Shown here: piece by piece, positions 1-8,997 of the stretch
Layout of the letters: every line of letters starts with the position of its first letter
Numbering within the stretch: position 1 is the stretch's first letter
Assembly (NCBI GenBank): GCA_963695095.1
Contig: CAVOFT010000002.1
Span: 1-28,947 of the forward strand
Direction: 5' to 3'
DNA length: 28,947 bases
Origin: an uncultured bacterium
GTDB taxonomy: Bacteria; Krumholzibacteriota; Krumholzibacteriia; JACNKJ01
Notes under the pieces: generated by a model
The model's database searches: none
The model's input: only the letters and a program-made list of their open reading frames with translations
Told to the model about the DNA's origin: nothing
Made by a program: the position numbers and the translations under genes

Positions 1-52
1 CGCTGGCCGATCAACTGCTGCCCTGATCGGCGCGCAGCGTCCCCGCCGGGCA

Positions 53-80
53 GATCTACCTGCGATCAAGCAGGTAGATC
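53..80. terminator. Perfect 11-bp inverted repeat downstream of the TolC gene; candidate terminator hairpin
   Basis: GATCTACCTGC-gatcaa-GCAGGTAGATC, about 30 bp past the TolC stop. A plus-strand frame ending ...LADQLLP* (TGA 24-26) may be a convergent gene end. No U-tract. Confidence 0.4.
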
Positions 81-109
81 GTAGCCGAGCGGCAGCAGTC
101 ATCCACGCA

Positions 110-1479
110 TCAGTCGCGTCCGGCGGCTCTCTGGACCATGGCCCAGGCGATGCGCGCGTCGGCCAGCGCCTGCACGAGATCGGAGCGCGCCTGCATCAGT
201 TCGGTGGTGGCATCCAGCAGGTCGAGACTCTGGATCCGGCCGGCGTCGAAGAGGATCGCAGCCGCCGCGTAGGCTCGCTCGGCCGTGCTGACTGCCTGAC
301 GAGCAGCCACGATTCTCTCGGCCGCGCTGGTCTGTTCCCGGTGCCGGTTTTCGACATCGAGCCGAACGGCGTCCCGGACCTCGTCCACGCTGCGCGCAGC
401 GGCAGTGGCCTCGGCTTGTGCCGCCCGTTTGCCGTGGTAGGAGGCACCCCAGTCCCAGGCCGTCCAGGAGAAGACGAGGGAGAGGTCCCAGGAGTCATCG
501 AAGCGATCCTGCACGGGGAAGTAGCGAGAATTGGGGCGCTCGTAGTTGTACCCGAGACGCAGCGAGGCCTGCGGCCAGAGGGCGGAGCCCTCGACGCCGG
601 CGCGCGCCGCTGCCAATGCGGCCCCCTCCTGCGCGATGGCCAGCTCGGGCCGGGTCGCCATGGCCTCGGACAGGAGCTGCGCGGCGGCCGGGGGAGGCTC
701 CGGAGCCGCGGCCTGCACAAGCTCGGTCAGCTCTAGAGTCGTCGCGGACGGCACTCCGAGCAGAGTGGTCAAGGCCAAGTGCGTGCCGTCTTCCGCGCCG
801 CGGATCTGGACCAGGGACAGCGCGGCTGTCGCCACCCTGCTCTGCACACGGGACACGTCGAGCTCGGTGGCCCGGCCGGCGTCGTAGAGCAGCCGCATCT
901 GCTGCAGGTGCTCGTTGAGGGCTGCGACCAGTTGCTCCGTGACGTCCCGCAGCTGGCGCGCCTTGAGCAGATTGAAGTAGGTCTCTTGCGTGACGGCGCG
1001 GACATCGGCGCGCTCGGCGCGCACCCGATGCTGGGCGAGGGCTTCCGCGTGCGCGGTGACCTGGTAGCCGCGGCGCAGGGCGAAGCCGGTGAAGAGCGGC
1101 TGGTCCACCGCCAGCCGCAGCGAGTACTGGTTGTCCACCGCCTCGCCGAGCTGGAGGGTGATCGGCTCATCGGGAATGGTCAGCCCCGACAGGCTCAGCG
1201 ACCCCGGCTCGACGTGGCTCACCCGGCTGTAGCGCGCGCTCAGGGACAGCTTGGGCAGGAACAGGCCCGCCGCCTGCAGCCGTCGGTGCACGGCCGCCGC
1301 CGCCTCGTCTTCCCGTATCTTGGTCTCGACGATCGTGGGCCACCGCCAGTTCGACGGCCGTGTGGACGTCCAGGCTCAGACTCTCCTGAGCCGTGCGCGG
1401 GGCCCGGCCTCGCCGCCATGGCCATCGCGATCGCCAAGCTGGCAGCGGAAAGCGCTCCGCGGCGAAGTGCATGTTTCAT
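110..1479 (-). CDS. TolC-family outer membrane efflux protein (two apparent +1 frameshifts near the N-terminus, ~1405 and ~1334)
   Basis: ORF 110-1291 has OEP-type helical repeats (QPLFTGF, YFNLLKA, LYDAGRATELDV, RPEL, LFDAGRIQSLDLLDA). The signal peptide MKHALRRGALSAASLAIAMAMAA starts at 1479 (ATGA overlap with the upstream stop). AQESLSLDVHTAVELAVAHD and VETKIREDEAAAAV lie in successive frames. Confidence 0.85.
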
Positions 1480-2189
1480 ACCGATCTCCCTTCACCGGCC
1501 TCCTCGTAGGTCTTGCCGTCGCGGATGTTGTAGATGCGCTTGAATGTGGGGATGATCTTCTCGTCGTGCGTGACCACGATGATCGCGGTCTGGAACTCCA
1601 GCGCCAGGCGATTGAGGATCTGCACGACGGCGAGGGCACGCTCGCTGTCCAGGGGCGCGGTGGGCTCGTCGGCCAGGATGATCGGCGGCTTGTTGGCCAG
1701 CGCGCGCGCGATCGCCACGCGCTGCTGCTCGCCGCCGGACAGCTCGGGGATGCGCGCGTGGGCCCGGTGCTGGACGTCCAGGGCGGTCAGCATGTCCAGT
1801 GCCGTCGCGCGCGCCGCGGGGTTGCCCACGCCGGCCAGCATGGGCAGCAGCGCCACGTTGTCGGTGGCGTCGAGGAAGGGGATCAGATAGGGCGCCTGGA
1901 ACACGAAGCCGATGCGGTCGCGACGCAGGGCGCGCAGGTCGGTCCGCTTCCAGCCGTCGTCGTAGATCACGTCGCCGGCCAGGGTGAAGCGTCCGGAGGT
2001 CGGCTCGATCACCGCGCCCAGGCACTTCAGCAGGGTGGTCTTGCCGGAGCCGGACGGCCCGATCAGGCCGACGACTTCGCCGCGGTCGATCCGCATGTCG
2101 ACGCCCTTGAGCGCATCCACGGCGGCGGCGCCGCTGCCGTAGCGCTTGGTCAGGTTCTCGATGAGGATCGCGGGTGCCGCATCGTTCAT
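1476..2189 (-). CDS. ABC transporter ATP-binding protein (MacB/LolD-like)
   Basis: MNDAAPAILIENLTKRYG; Walker A GPSGSGKTT, signature LSGGEQQRVAIARAL, Walker B ILADEPT, H-loop VTHD. The fusion to the permease C-terminus in the ORF track comes from a frameshift at ~2228. Confidence 0.92.
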   Translation of the reverse strand: MNDAAPAILIENLTKRYGSGAAAVDALKGVDMRIDRGEVVGLIGPSGSGKTTLLKCLGAVIEPTSGRFTLAGDVIYDDGWKRTDLRALRRDRIGFVFQAPYLIPFLDATDNVALLPMLAGVGNPAARATALDMLTALDVQHRAHARIPELSGGEQQRVAIARALANKPPIILADEPTAPLDSERALAVVQILNRLALEFQTAIIVVTHDEKIIPTFKRIYNIRDGKTYEEAGEGRSV

Positions 2190-2194
2190 CGTGA

Positions 2195-3395
2195 TCAACC
2201 CCCAATCGCCTCGGCCGGGTCGATGCTGCAGCGCCGCGCGGATCGCCAGCACGGAGGCCAGCGCGCAGATCACCAGGGTGAGCACGAAGGCGCGCATCGC
2301 ATCGCCGGTCTCGAGGAGCACGTACTTGGGAAACACCGGCGCCCATAGCGTGGCGGCGAACTTGCCGACGAAGAAGCCGATGACGCCGAGGCCCAGCGCC
2401 TCCTGCATGATCATCGCGGCGATCGTGCGATCGCGGGTGCCGATCAGCTTCAGGACGGCGATCTCCTTGATCTTGCCGAGCGTCATCGTGTAGATGATGA
2501 AGGCCACGATGGCCGCGCTCACGACCGCCAGGATGATCAGGAAGAGGCCGATCTGCTTGGCCGCGGTGGCGATCAGCTTCGCCACCAGGATGTCTTCCAT
2601 GTGCGGCGCTGGTGTAGGCCGTCAGGTGCTTCCAGCGCTTGATGTTGTCGGCCACCTGACGTGCGGATCCTGCCCCGCGTGCCACCCGCACCAGGACGGC
2701 GTTGACCCGGTGGCTGGACGGTCTGGATGGACTCGACCGCGTCGAGCAGGCCCGGCTGACCGGGGCGATTGACGGCCGGGTTGGCGGCCAGGCGATTGCG
2801 GTCGTTGATGATGGACTCGTTGTCCTTCAGGAACTGCGCTTCCTGCGCGTCCTGCAAGGGGAATGAACACCATCGGATCGCCGCCGGAGGACACCATGCG
2901 CCGGGTGAGGCCCACCACGGTGAAGTCGTTGCGACGGATGCGAATGCGGTCGCCCACCTTGAAGCCGGTCTTGGCGTCGGCGACCGCTTCGTAGTGGGAC
3001 TGGGCGATGGGGCGTCCGGCGATGAGGAAGGCGGGGCCGCCGAGCTTGCCCGGCGTGTAGCCCGCCACCATGACGCGCTGGTCCTTGCCGCCGTGCTCCA
3101 CCTGCATCGTGAGATAGGCGACGTTGCCGGTCTCGGCCACACCGGGCAGCCCGGCCAGGCTGCGATAGACGTCGTCCTGCAGGCTGGACGGTTCGGCGAA
3201 CGGCCCGAGCGTGTTCTGCTGCACCACCCAGATGTCCGCCCGGCCGGCGCGCAGCAGCACCTTGGCGTCGTCGACCATGCCCCGATACACGCCGGCCATG
3301 GTCAGGGTGACCCCGATCAGCAGCCCGAGGCCGAAGCCGGTGAGCAGGTAGCGGCCGAGGTGGTTGGCGACGTCGCGGCGAGCCAGGTTGATCAT
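2195..3395 (-). pseudogene. ABC transporter permease (MacB/FtsX-like), frameshifted, probably by sequencing error
   Basis: Pieces in successive frames: MINLARRDVANHLGRYLLTGFGLGLL...GDPMVFIP / LQDAQEAQFLKDN...ESIQT / SSHRVNAVLVRV...KRWKHLTAYTS / MEDILVAKLIA...KEIAVLKLIG...AIRAAL / IDPAEAIGG* (TGA 2195-2197). Shifts at about 2860, 2720, 2601 and 2228. Confidence 0.85.
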
Positions 3396-4570
3396 GGCTG
3401 CCCGACCTTCCGCTGCCGCACGCGGGCGCCGGGCTTGAGCTGCGCGGAGCTGTAGACGATGATGCGCTCGCCTTCGTCCAGGCCGGAGAGGATCTGGGTC
3501 ACGCCGCCTTGGCCCTGGCTGCCGATGGTGACCGGCTTGAAGCGGGCGCGACCGTCCACGCACTCTGCCAGACGCCGGTCTGGCCGCCCTCGTGGGCGAT
3601 GGCGGCACTGGGCACGATGAGCACGCCGGTCTCGCCCGGCAGCTGGATGGTGACTTCCGCGAGCTCGCCCATGTAGAGGCTGGGCGGGCGGCGAATCGAA
3701 GCTCACGTTGACGACCCGCTCCTCGGTCACCGGGTCGCTCTGCAACTCGATGCGGGCGACGCGGCCCGGCATCGGCGAGTCCGGGCGCGGAGCGGAGCAC
3801 GATGCTGGCCGGCTGGCCCACCTGCAGGCCCCGGGCGCTCGCCTGATCCACGCGCGCCCGCACCCACAGGCTCTCGGGGACGATGAGGCGCAGGACGGCC
3901 TGACCGGCGACCACCGTGGTGCCCGGCTCGGCCTCCCGCGCGACGATGATGCCGTCCACGGGACTCACGAGCCTCAAGGCTGTCGCGCAGGCTGCCCACG
4001 CCCTGCAGTTCGGCGTCCACGCGGGCGACCTCCTGCTTCGCGGCCTCCGCGTTGGCGAGCGCTGCCGCCAGCGCCGCCTCGGCCCGCTCGGCCTCGCTGG
4101 TGCTGTTGTCGAGCGCTTGCTTGCTGATGACGCGCTGCTCGAACAGCATCAGATCGCGGTCGCGATTGATGCCGGCGAGCTTGGCGCGACTCGTGGCTTC
4201 GGCGACCTGCGCCTCTGCCACCTGCACCGCCTGGCGCGAGCGCTCACCGCTGCTGCGCGCCGCCTGCAGGCGGCGGTCCAGATCGACCGGGTCCATTTCC
4301 GCCAGCAGCTGCCCGGCCTTTACGGCATCGCCCTGATCCACCAGCACGCGCAGGACGCGCCCGGGCGCAATGGGACCGACCGCGTAGGCCAGTCGCGCCG
4401 TCTACCGTGCCGATGCCGAAGACTTCGCGGTGCATGTCGGCACGGACGACGCTGCCGGTCTGCACGGCGACCGGGGCCAGGGGCCCATGGGTCGTGAGCA
4501 GCCAGAAGAAGGCCGCCACGAACAGAGCCGCGCCGGCGATGAGAGCGACTAGCTTGGTTCTGGACTTCAT
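3392..4570 (-). pseudogene. Efflux periplasmic adaptor subunit (MFP, HlyD/MacA-like), frameshifted, probably by sequencing error
   Basis: MKSRTKLVALIAG (TM anchor) / GRVLRVLVDQGDAVKAGQLLAEMD + coiled coil / RLVSPVDGIIVAREAEPG / PGRVARIE / YMGELAEVTI...LIVPSAAI / VDGRARFKPVTIG...QILSGLDEGERII. Shifts at about 4400, 3978, 3782, 3682 and 3563. Confidence 0.85.
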
Positions 4571-5166
4571 GATGTCTCCTGTTCGCGCACGAGCGCCAAT
4601 CGGAGGAGCTGCCATGACCGCTTCTCCATCTCGGGAAGCGATGCCGGGAGGGCGCCGTCTTTGTAGGCGAACATGAAGCCCATCACCGTTCCCGAGACGA
4701 GGAGGACCGCGCCCTCGATGTCGAGGTCCTCGCGGAGGAGACCCGCGGCGGCCGCTTCGCGCAGGCAGGACCTGATGTACTCTCGGCTGCGATTCCTGAG
4801 TGCAGCGACGCGCCGGGGACCTTCCGCCCCCAGGGCGTGGGAGATCTGGTCAGAGAAGATGAGCGACTGGATGCCCGGCTGGACGGCCACGGCGCGCAGG
4901 CGTTGCAGGACGAAACCTTCAAGCCGCTCCAGGGGATCTCCCGCCGGCTGGGGCGCCGCAGCGATCAGCTCCTCGATCCGGTCCAGGACGGCCCGCGTGA
5001 TCTCGCCCATGTCCTTGAAATGACGGAAGATCGTCCCGTCCTTGATGCCGACTTCGTGGGCGATCTGGGCCGCGGTGAACTCGCGCAAACCCCGTTCGCC
5101 AATGATCTTGATGGCAGCATCGGCGATCTCCCGGCGCCTTACTTCGGTCGGCTGTCTCGTCGTCAT
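4567..5166 (-). CDS. TetR/AcrR family transcriptional regulator
   Basis: N-terminal HTH RRREIADAAIKIIGERGLREFTAAQIAHEVGIKDGTIFRHF; first gene of the efflux operon. Confidence 0.93.
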   Translation of the reverse strand: MTTRQPTEVRRREIADAAIKIIGERGLREFTAAQIAHEVGIKDGTIFRHFKDMGEITRAVLDRIEELIAAAPQPAGDPLERLEGFVLQRLRAVAVQPGIQSLIFSDQISHALGAEGPRRVAALRNRSREYIRSCLREAAAAGLLREDLDIEGAVLLVSGTVMGFMFAYKDGALPASLPEMEKRSWQLLRLALVREQETS

Positions 5167-5181
5167 CGCTCATCTCCAAGA

Positions 5182-5195
5182 AGCAAGTACTTGCT
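5182..5195. promoter_or_regulatory. Candidate TetR operator (perfect 14-bp palindrome)
   Basis: AGCAAGTACTTGCT lies between the -10 box and the RBS of tetR. Confidence 0.65.
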
Positions 5196-5198
5196 AGC

Positions 5199-5227
5199 AT
5201 AATAGTCGAGCCTGCCACGGCTGTCAA
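5199..5227 (-). promoter_or_regulatory. Sigma70-type promoter of the tetR-efflux operon
   Basis: Minus strand reads TTGACA-N17-TATTAT. Confidence 0.75.
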
Positions 5228-5287
5228 GACCCAAGATCGCGAGGAGTCAGGCGGATCCCCGAGCCGCGTCCGCGGGCCCCCGCCCCC

Positions 5288-5315
5288 TTGACGGTAATGC
5301 ACATATGTGCATAAT
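5288..5315 (+). promoter_or_regulatory. Sigma70-type promoter of the DUF134 unit with an overlapping 16-bp palindrome
   Basis: TTGACG-N16-CATAAT; perfect palindrome ATGCACATATGTGCAT at 5297-5312. Confidence 0.65.
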
Positions 5316-5333
5316 TGGGCACGGAGGTGCCCC

Positions 5334-5690
5334 GTGCCCAGGCCGCATTGCTGTCGTCGCATCCAGGGAGAGCCAGCCGCGCCGGTGTTCAAGCCGGCGG
5401 GCGTCCCGCTGCGCGCGCTGGAGTCCATCGCCATGACTCTGGATGAGCTCGAAGCCCTTCGCCTTGCCGACCTGGAGGGGCTCTATCAAGAGGAGGCCGC
5501 CGCCCGCATGGGCGTGTCGCGCTCCACCTTCAGCCGCATCGTGGCGGCGGCCCACCGCAAGGTTGCCGATGCGCTCGTGCACGGCAAGGCGCTCACGATC
5601 GCGGGCGGGCCGGTGGCCTGGGCCGGCGGTGGGCGCCGTGGCCGCTGCCGCGCGGACTGGCAGGCACCCGAACAAGGAGAGGATCCATGA
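5334..5690 (+). CDS. DUF134 (UPF0251) family predicted DNA-binding protein
   Basis: GTG start after GGAGG; MPRPHCCRRI...FKPAGVP...MTLDELEALRLADLEGLYQEEAAARMGVSRSTFSRIVAAAHRKVADALVHGKAL. Confidence 0.9.
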   Translation: MPRPHCCRRIQGEPAAPVFKPAGVPLRALESIAMTLDELEALRLADLEGLYQEEAAARMGVSRSTFSRIVAAAHRKVADALVHGKALTIAGGPVAWAGGGRRGRCRADWQAPEQGEDP

Positions 5691-6076
5691 AGCTCTGCAT
5701 TCCCGTCACCAAGGACGATGGCCTGAAGAGCCCCGTCTGCGCGCACTTCGGCTCGGCGCCGCTCTTTCTCGTCGTCGACACCGAGAGCGGCGACTGCCGC
5801 ACCATCGCCAACAACAACCAGCACCATGCGCACGGGATGTGCCAGCCGCTTGCCGTCTTGGCCGGCGAGGCCATGGACGCCATCGCCGTGGGCGGCATCG
5901 GCATGGGGGCGCTCGGCAAGCTCCAGACGGCCGGCGTGCGCGTCTACCTCGCGGAGCAGGCCACGGTGGCGGCCACGCTGGCCGCCTTGGCCGCGGGGGA
6001 TCTCGCCGAGATCGACCCGGGCAGGGCCTGCAGCCAGCATGGTCAGGGTCATGGCCAGCACGGCCATGGGCAGTGA
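5687..6076 (+). CDS. NifB/NifX-like (dinitrogenase FeMo-cofactor biosynthesis domain) protein with His-rich tail
   Basis: MKLCIP...HFGSAPLFLVVD...HGMCQP...GGIGMGA...AGVRVY; C-terminal CSQHGQGHGQHGHGQ. Confidence 0.85.
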   Translation: MKLCIPVTKDDGLKSPVCAHFGSAPLFLVVDTESGDCRTIANNNQHHAHGMCQPLAVLAGEAMDAIAVGGIGMGALGKLQTAGVRVYLAEQATVAATLAALAAGDLAEIDPGRACSQHGQGHGQHGHGQ

Positions 6077-6569
6077 GCACGCCCTCTTGACCCTGCGGCC
6101 GATCGGCGTCATCCACTCGCCGCATCGCGAGGCGGCGGGGACGCCGATCCAGTCCGTCTATGCCGAGGCCAGCGAGGGCGAGGTCGTGCTGGATCCGGAG
6201 TTTGTGCCGGCGCTGGCCGACATCGAGGGCTTCGAGCGCCTCTGGCTGCTCTACGCCTTCGACCGCGCCGGCACCTATCGGCCGCGGGTCGTGCCTTATC
6301 GCGACACCGTCGAGCATGGGCTCCTCGCGACCCGCTCGCCCTGCCGGCCCAATCCGCTCGGTCTGTCGGTGGTGCGGCTGCTCGGCCGCGAGGGCAATCG
6401 CCTGCGGGTGGCGGGCCTGGACATTCTCGACGGGACGCCGCTCCTCGACATCAAGCCCTATGTGCCCGACTTCGACGCCTTCCCCGGCGCGAAGGCAGGC
6501 TGGCTCGACGCCCGGCGCAGCGAGCGCAAGCACGCCGATGGTCGGTTTCATGAAGACGAGGGGGAGTAA
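6066..6569 (+). CDS. tsaA: TrmO/TsaA family SAM-binding methyltransferase (tRNA m6t6A37 methyltransferase-like), short single-domain form
   Basis: LRPIGVIHSP...GLLATRSPCRPNPLGLSVVRL...GLDILDGTPLLDIKPYVP. Start uncertain (ATG 6066 or TTG 6087). Confidence 0.85.
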   Translation: MGSEHALLTLRPIGVIHSPHREAAGTPIQSVYAEASEGEVVLDPEFVPALADIEGFERLWLLYAFDRAGTYRPRVVPYRDTVEHGLLATRSPCRPNPLGLSVVRLLGREGNRLRVAGLDILDGTPLLDIKPYVPDFDAFPGAKAGWLDARRSERKHADGRFHEDEGE

Positions 6570-6613
6570 GGGAGGAAGGGCGCCGTGATCGCAATCCCGG
6601 TGCCGAAGTCGTA

Positions 6614-8008
6614 ATGAACAAGTCAGTCAAGACAGCGCTGCCGCAGGCCACCATCGGCACGGAAGCTATCCTCGAGAGCATCTCCGACGGCGTCTTCACT
6701 GTTGATGCCCAGTGGCGCGTCACCTCCTTCAATCGCGCCGCCGAGGAGATCACGCACATCTCCCGCCTGGACGCGATCGGGCGCCGCTGCGCGGAGGTCT
6801 TCCGCGCGAGCATGTGCGAGACCGAATGCGCCTTGCGCGAGACGATGGCCACCGGCGTCGCTGTCATCAACCGGGCCGCCTTCATCGTCGACGCCGAGGG
6901 CCGGCGCATTCCGATCAGCGTCTCCACCGCTCTTCTGCGCGACGCCACCGGGGCAGTCATCGGGGGGGCGGAGACCTTTCGCGATCTGAGCCTCATCGAG
7001 GAACTGCGCAGCGAACTGAAGGGGCGCTCCCAAGTGGGGGACATCGTCAGCCGCAGCGCAGCGATGCGCCCCGTGTTGGCGATGTTGCCTCGCGTTGCCG
7101 AGAGCGGCAGTAGCATCTTGATCCAGGGCGAGACAGGCACCGGCAAGGAGCTGGTGGCGCGGGCGATTCACGACCTCAGCCGCCGCCACGGTCCCTTCGT
7201 GGCGGTCAACTGCGGGGCGCTTCCTGACACGCTGCTGGAGTCTGAGCTCTTCGGCTACAAGGCCGGCGCCTTCACCGGCGCGGTGAAGGAGAAGCCCGGC
7301 CGCTTCGCACTGGCCCGAGGCGGTACGCTCTTTCTCGACGAGATCAGCGAGGTGAGCCCGGCCCTGCAGGTCCGGCTGCTGCGCGTCCTTCAAGAGCGGG
7401 AATACGAACCGCTCGGGGGAACGCGCGCGGAGGCCACCGACGTGCGCGTGCTCGCCGCGACCAACCGCGACCTTGCCGCCCTGGTCGCCGCCGGCGAGTT
7501 CCGGCAGGATCTCTACTACCGCATCCAAGTGCTGAAGCTCGAGCTGCCTTCCCTGCGCCAGCGCCGCGAGGACATTCCGCTGCTCGTGCAGCACTTCATC
7601 ACCCGCTTCAACGCCATGCAGGGCAAGCGCGTGACCGGCATCAGCCCCGATGCTCTGGGAGTGCTGACCGCCCACGACTATCCCGGCAACGTGCGGGAGC
7701 TGCAGAACATCATCGAGCACGCCTTCGTGCTGCTCGACGAAGGGCGCATCGAGCTCGCGCACCTGCCCGCCGACGTGGTGCCGGTCTTCTCGCGCGCGGC
7801 GAGCGGTGGCAAGTTCAGCGCGCTGGCGCGGGCGCTCGAGGCACAAGCCATTCGCGAGGCCCTTGCACGACACGGCGGCAACCGCCTCGCGGCCGCGCAG
7901 GAGCTTGGCATACACAAGAGCACCTTCTTCCGAAAGGTCCAGCGCCTTGGGATCGAGTTGCCCGCACAGGACGGCCGCTCCCATGCCAAGACGAAACGGC
8001 GGGCCTAG
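6614..8008 (+). CDS. PAS-domain sigma54-dependent transcriptional activator (bEBP) with Fis-type HTH
   Basis: PAS (ILESISDGVFTVD...FNRAAEEIT), Walker A GETGTGKE, ESELFG, GAFTGA, LFLDE, FRQDLYYR, PGNVRELQN, HTH AAQELGIHKSTFFRK. Confidence 0.95.
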   Translation: MNKSVKTALPQATIGTEAILESISDGVFTVDAQWRVTSFNRAAEEITHISRLDAIGRRCAEVFRASMCETECALRETMATGVAVINRAAFIVDAEGRRIPISVSTALLRDATGAVIGGAETFRDLSLIEELRSELKGRSQVGDIVSRSAAMRPVLAMLPRVAESGSSILIQGETGTGKELVARAIHDLSRRHGPFVAVNCGALPDTLLESELFGYKAGAFTGAVKEKPGRFALARGGTLFLDEISEVSPALQVRLLRVLQEREYEPLGGTRAEATDVRVLAATNRDLAALVAAGEFRQDLYYRIQVLKLELPSLRQRREDIPLLVQHFITRFNAMQGKRVTGISPDALGVLTAHDYPGNVRELQNIIEHAFVLLDEGRIELAHLPADVVPVFSRAASGGKFSALARALEAQAIREALARHGGNRLAAAQELGIHKSTFFRKVQRLGIELPAQDGRSHAKTKRRA

Positions 8009-8145
8009 ACGGTCGCCACGCCGCGCCTCTGCGCGGCTCCAGGGTCGGCGCCGCGCGACTGCGCTCTCCATTTGCTCAGCCCGCATCGATGCGCAAGGTC
8101 CATCCATCGCAGGGGATAGCACAGTCTACACGGATGGCCCGCGCC

Positions 8146-8161
8146 TGGCGCGATCTCTGCA
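8146..8161 (+). promoter_or_regulatory. Sigma54 (-24/-12) promoter of the NifX-like/ATPase/radical SAM operon
   Basis: TGGCGC-GATCT-CTGCA gives exact GG-N10-GC spacing, 25 bp upstream of the TTG start and directly downstream of the bEBP gene. Confidence 0.7.
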
Positions 8162-8186
8162 GTGTCGATGGCGGGAGGTGTCTGAG

Positions 8187-8597
8187 TTGAGAGTCGCCCT
8201 GACCATCTGGGAAGGACACATCGCACCGGTCTTCGATGTCAGTCGTGAGGCCGAGCTGCTGACGATCGACGACGGCATCGTGACCGGTCGCCAACGTGCG
8301 AGCATCACGACGGCGACGGCGACCGAGAAGATCGCCCGCCTGCAGGAGCTCGGCGTGGAGACCCTGATCTGCGGCGCTATCTCCGCACCCTTGCAGCATG
8401 AGCTGTCCAGCGGTGGCCTGCGCGTCATCGGCTTCGTCGCCGGCGAAACCGAGGCAATCGTGCAGGCGCTCATCGCGGGCAAGCTCCCCAGTCCGGCCTT
8501 CGCCATGCCCGGCTGTTGCGGCCGGAGGCTGCGCATCCGCGGTGGCGCGGGTCGCGGCGGCCCGGGCCGGCGCTGGGGCCGCAACGGCCGCCGGTGA
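8187..8597 (+). CDS. NifB/NifX-like family protein
   Basis: TTG start after GGAGG; MRVALTIWEGHIAPVFDVS...LQELGVETLICGAIS...FAMPGCC with a Gly/Arg-rich tail. Confidence 0.8.
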   Translation: MRVALTIWEGHIAPVFDVSREAELLTIDDGIVTGRQRASITTATATEKIARLQELGVETLICGAISAPLQHELSSGGLRVIGFVAGETEAIVQALIAGKLPSPAFAMPGCCGRRLRIRGGAGRGGPGRRWGRNGRR

Positions 8598-8625
8598 GGC
8601 CAACCACAACGAGAAGGAGTCAACA

Positions 8626-8997
8626 ATGCCAGGAGGAGATCGGCGGGGTCCTGAGGGACGAGGCCCGCGAACGGGGCGCACAGCCGGCTTCTGCGCCGGC
8701 AATGACCAGCCCGGCAGCATGAATCGGGGTTGGGGCAGGGGAGGCGGCGCCGGTGGCGGCGGTCGCCACCGCAACTGGTTTCATGCCACCGGCCTTACCG
8801 GTTGGCAGCGCGGCGTGCGCGGTGGAGCTGTCTGCAGCAAGCCGATCACCAGCGCCGCCCCGGCGGCTGATCGGGAAGCGCTCCAGCGCCAGATTGCCGA
8901 GCTCAAGCGCAATCTTGCCGCGCTGGAAGCAAGCCTGAGCGGATCCGCCGGGCCAGGGTCGGCCGTTGGGCCGGAGACCGGGACGGCGGGCCGATGA
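8626..8997 (+). CDS. DUF5320 family protein
   Basis: RBS AAGGAG; MPGGDRRGPEGRGPRTGRTAGFCAG...RNWFHATGLTGWQR and a C-terminal coiled coil. Confidence 0.85.
   Translation: MPGGDRRGPEGRGPRTGRTAGFCAGNDQPGSMNRGWGRGGGAGGGGRHRNWFHATGLTGWQRGVRGGAVCSKPITSAAPAADREALQRQIAELKRNLAALEASLSGSAGPGSAVGPETGTAGR

Noticed and set aside
1476..2600. Apparent MacB-like permease-ATPase fusion ORF (374 aa)
   Set aside because: The permease end IDPAEAIGG* lies one frame away and the ATPase has its own ATG at 2189; the fusion is due to a +1 indel.
2622..3977. Apparent adaptor-permease fusion ORF (451 aa)
   Set aside because: Chimera of frameshifted fragments; the permease starts at ATG 3395, overlapping the adaptor stop.
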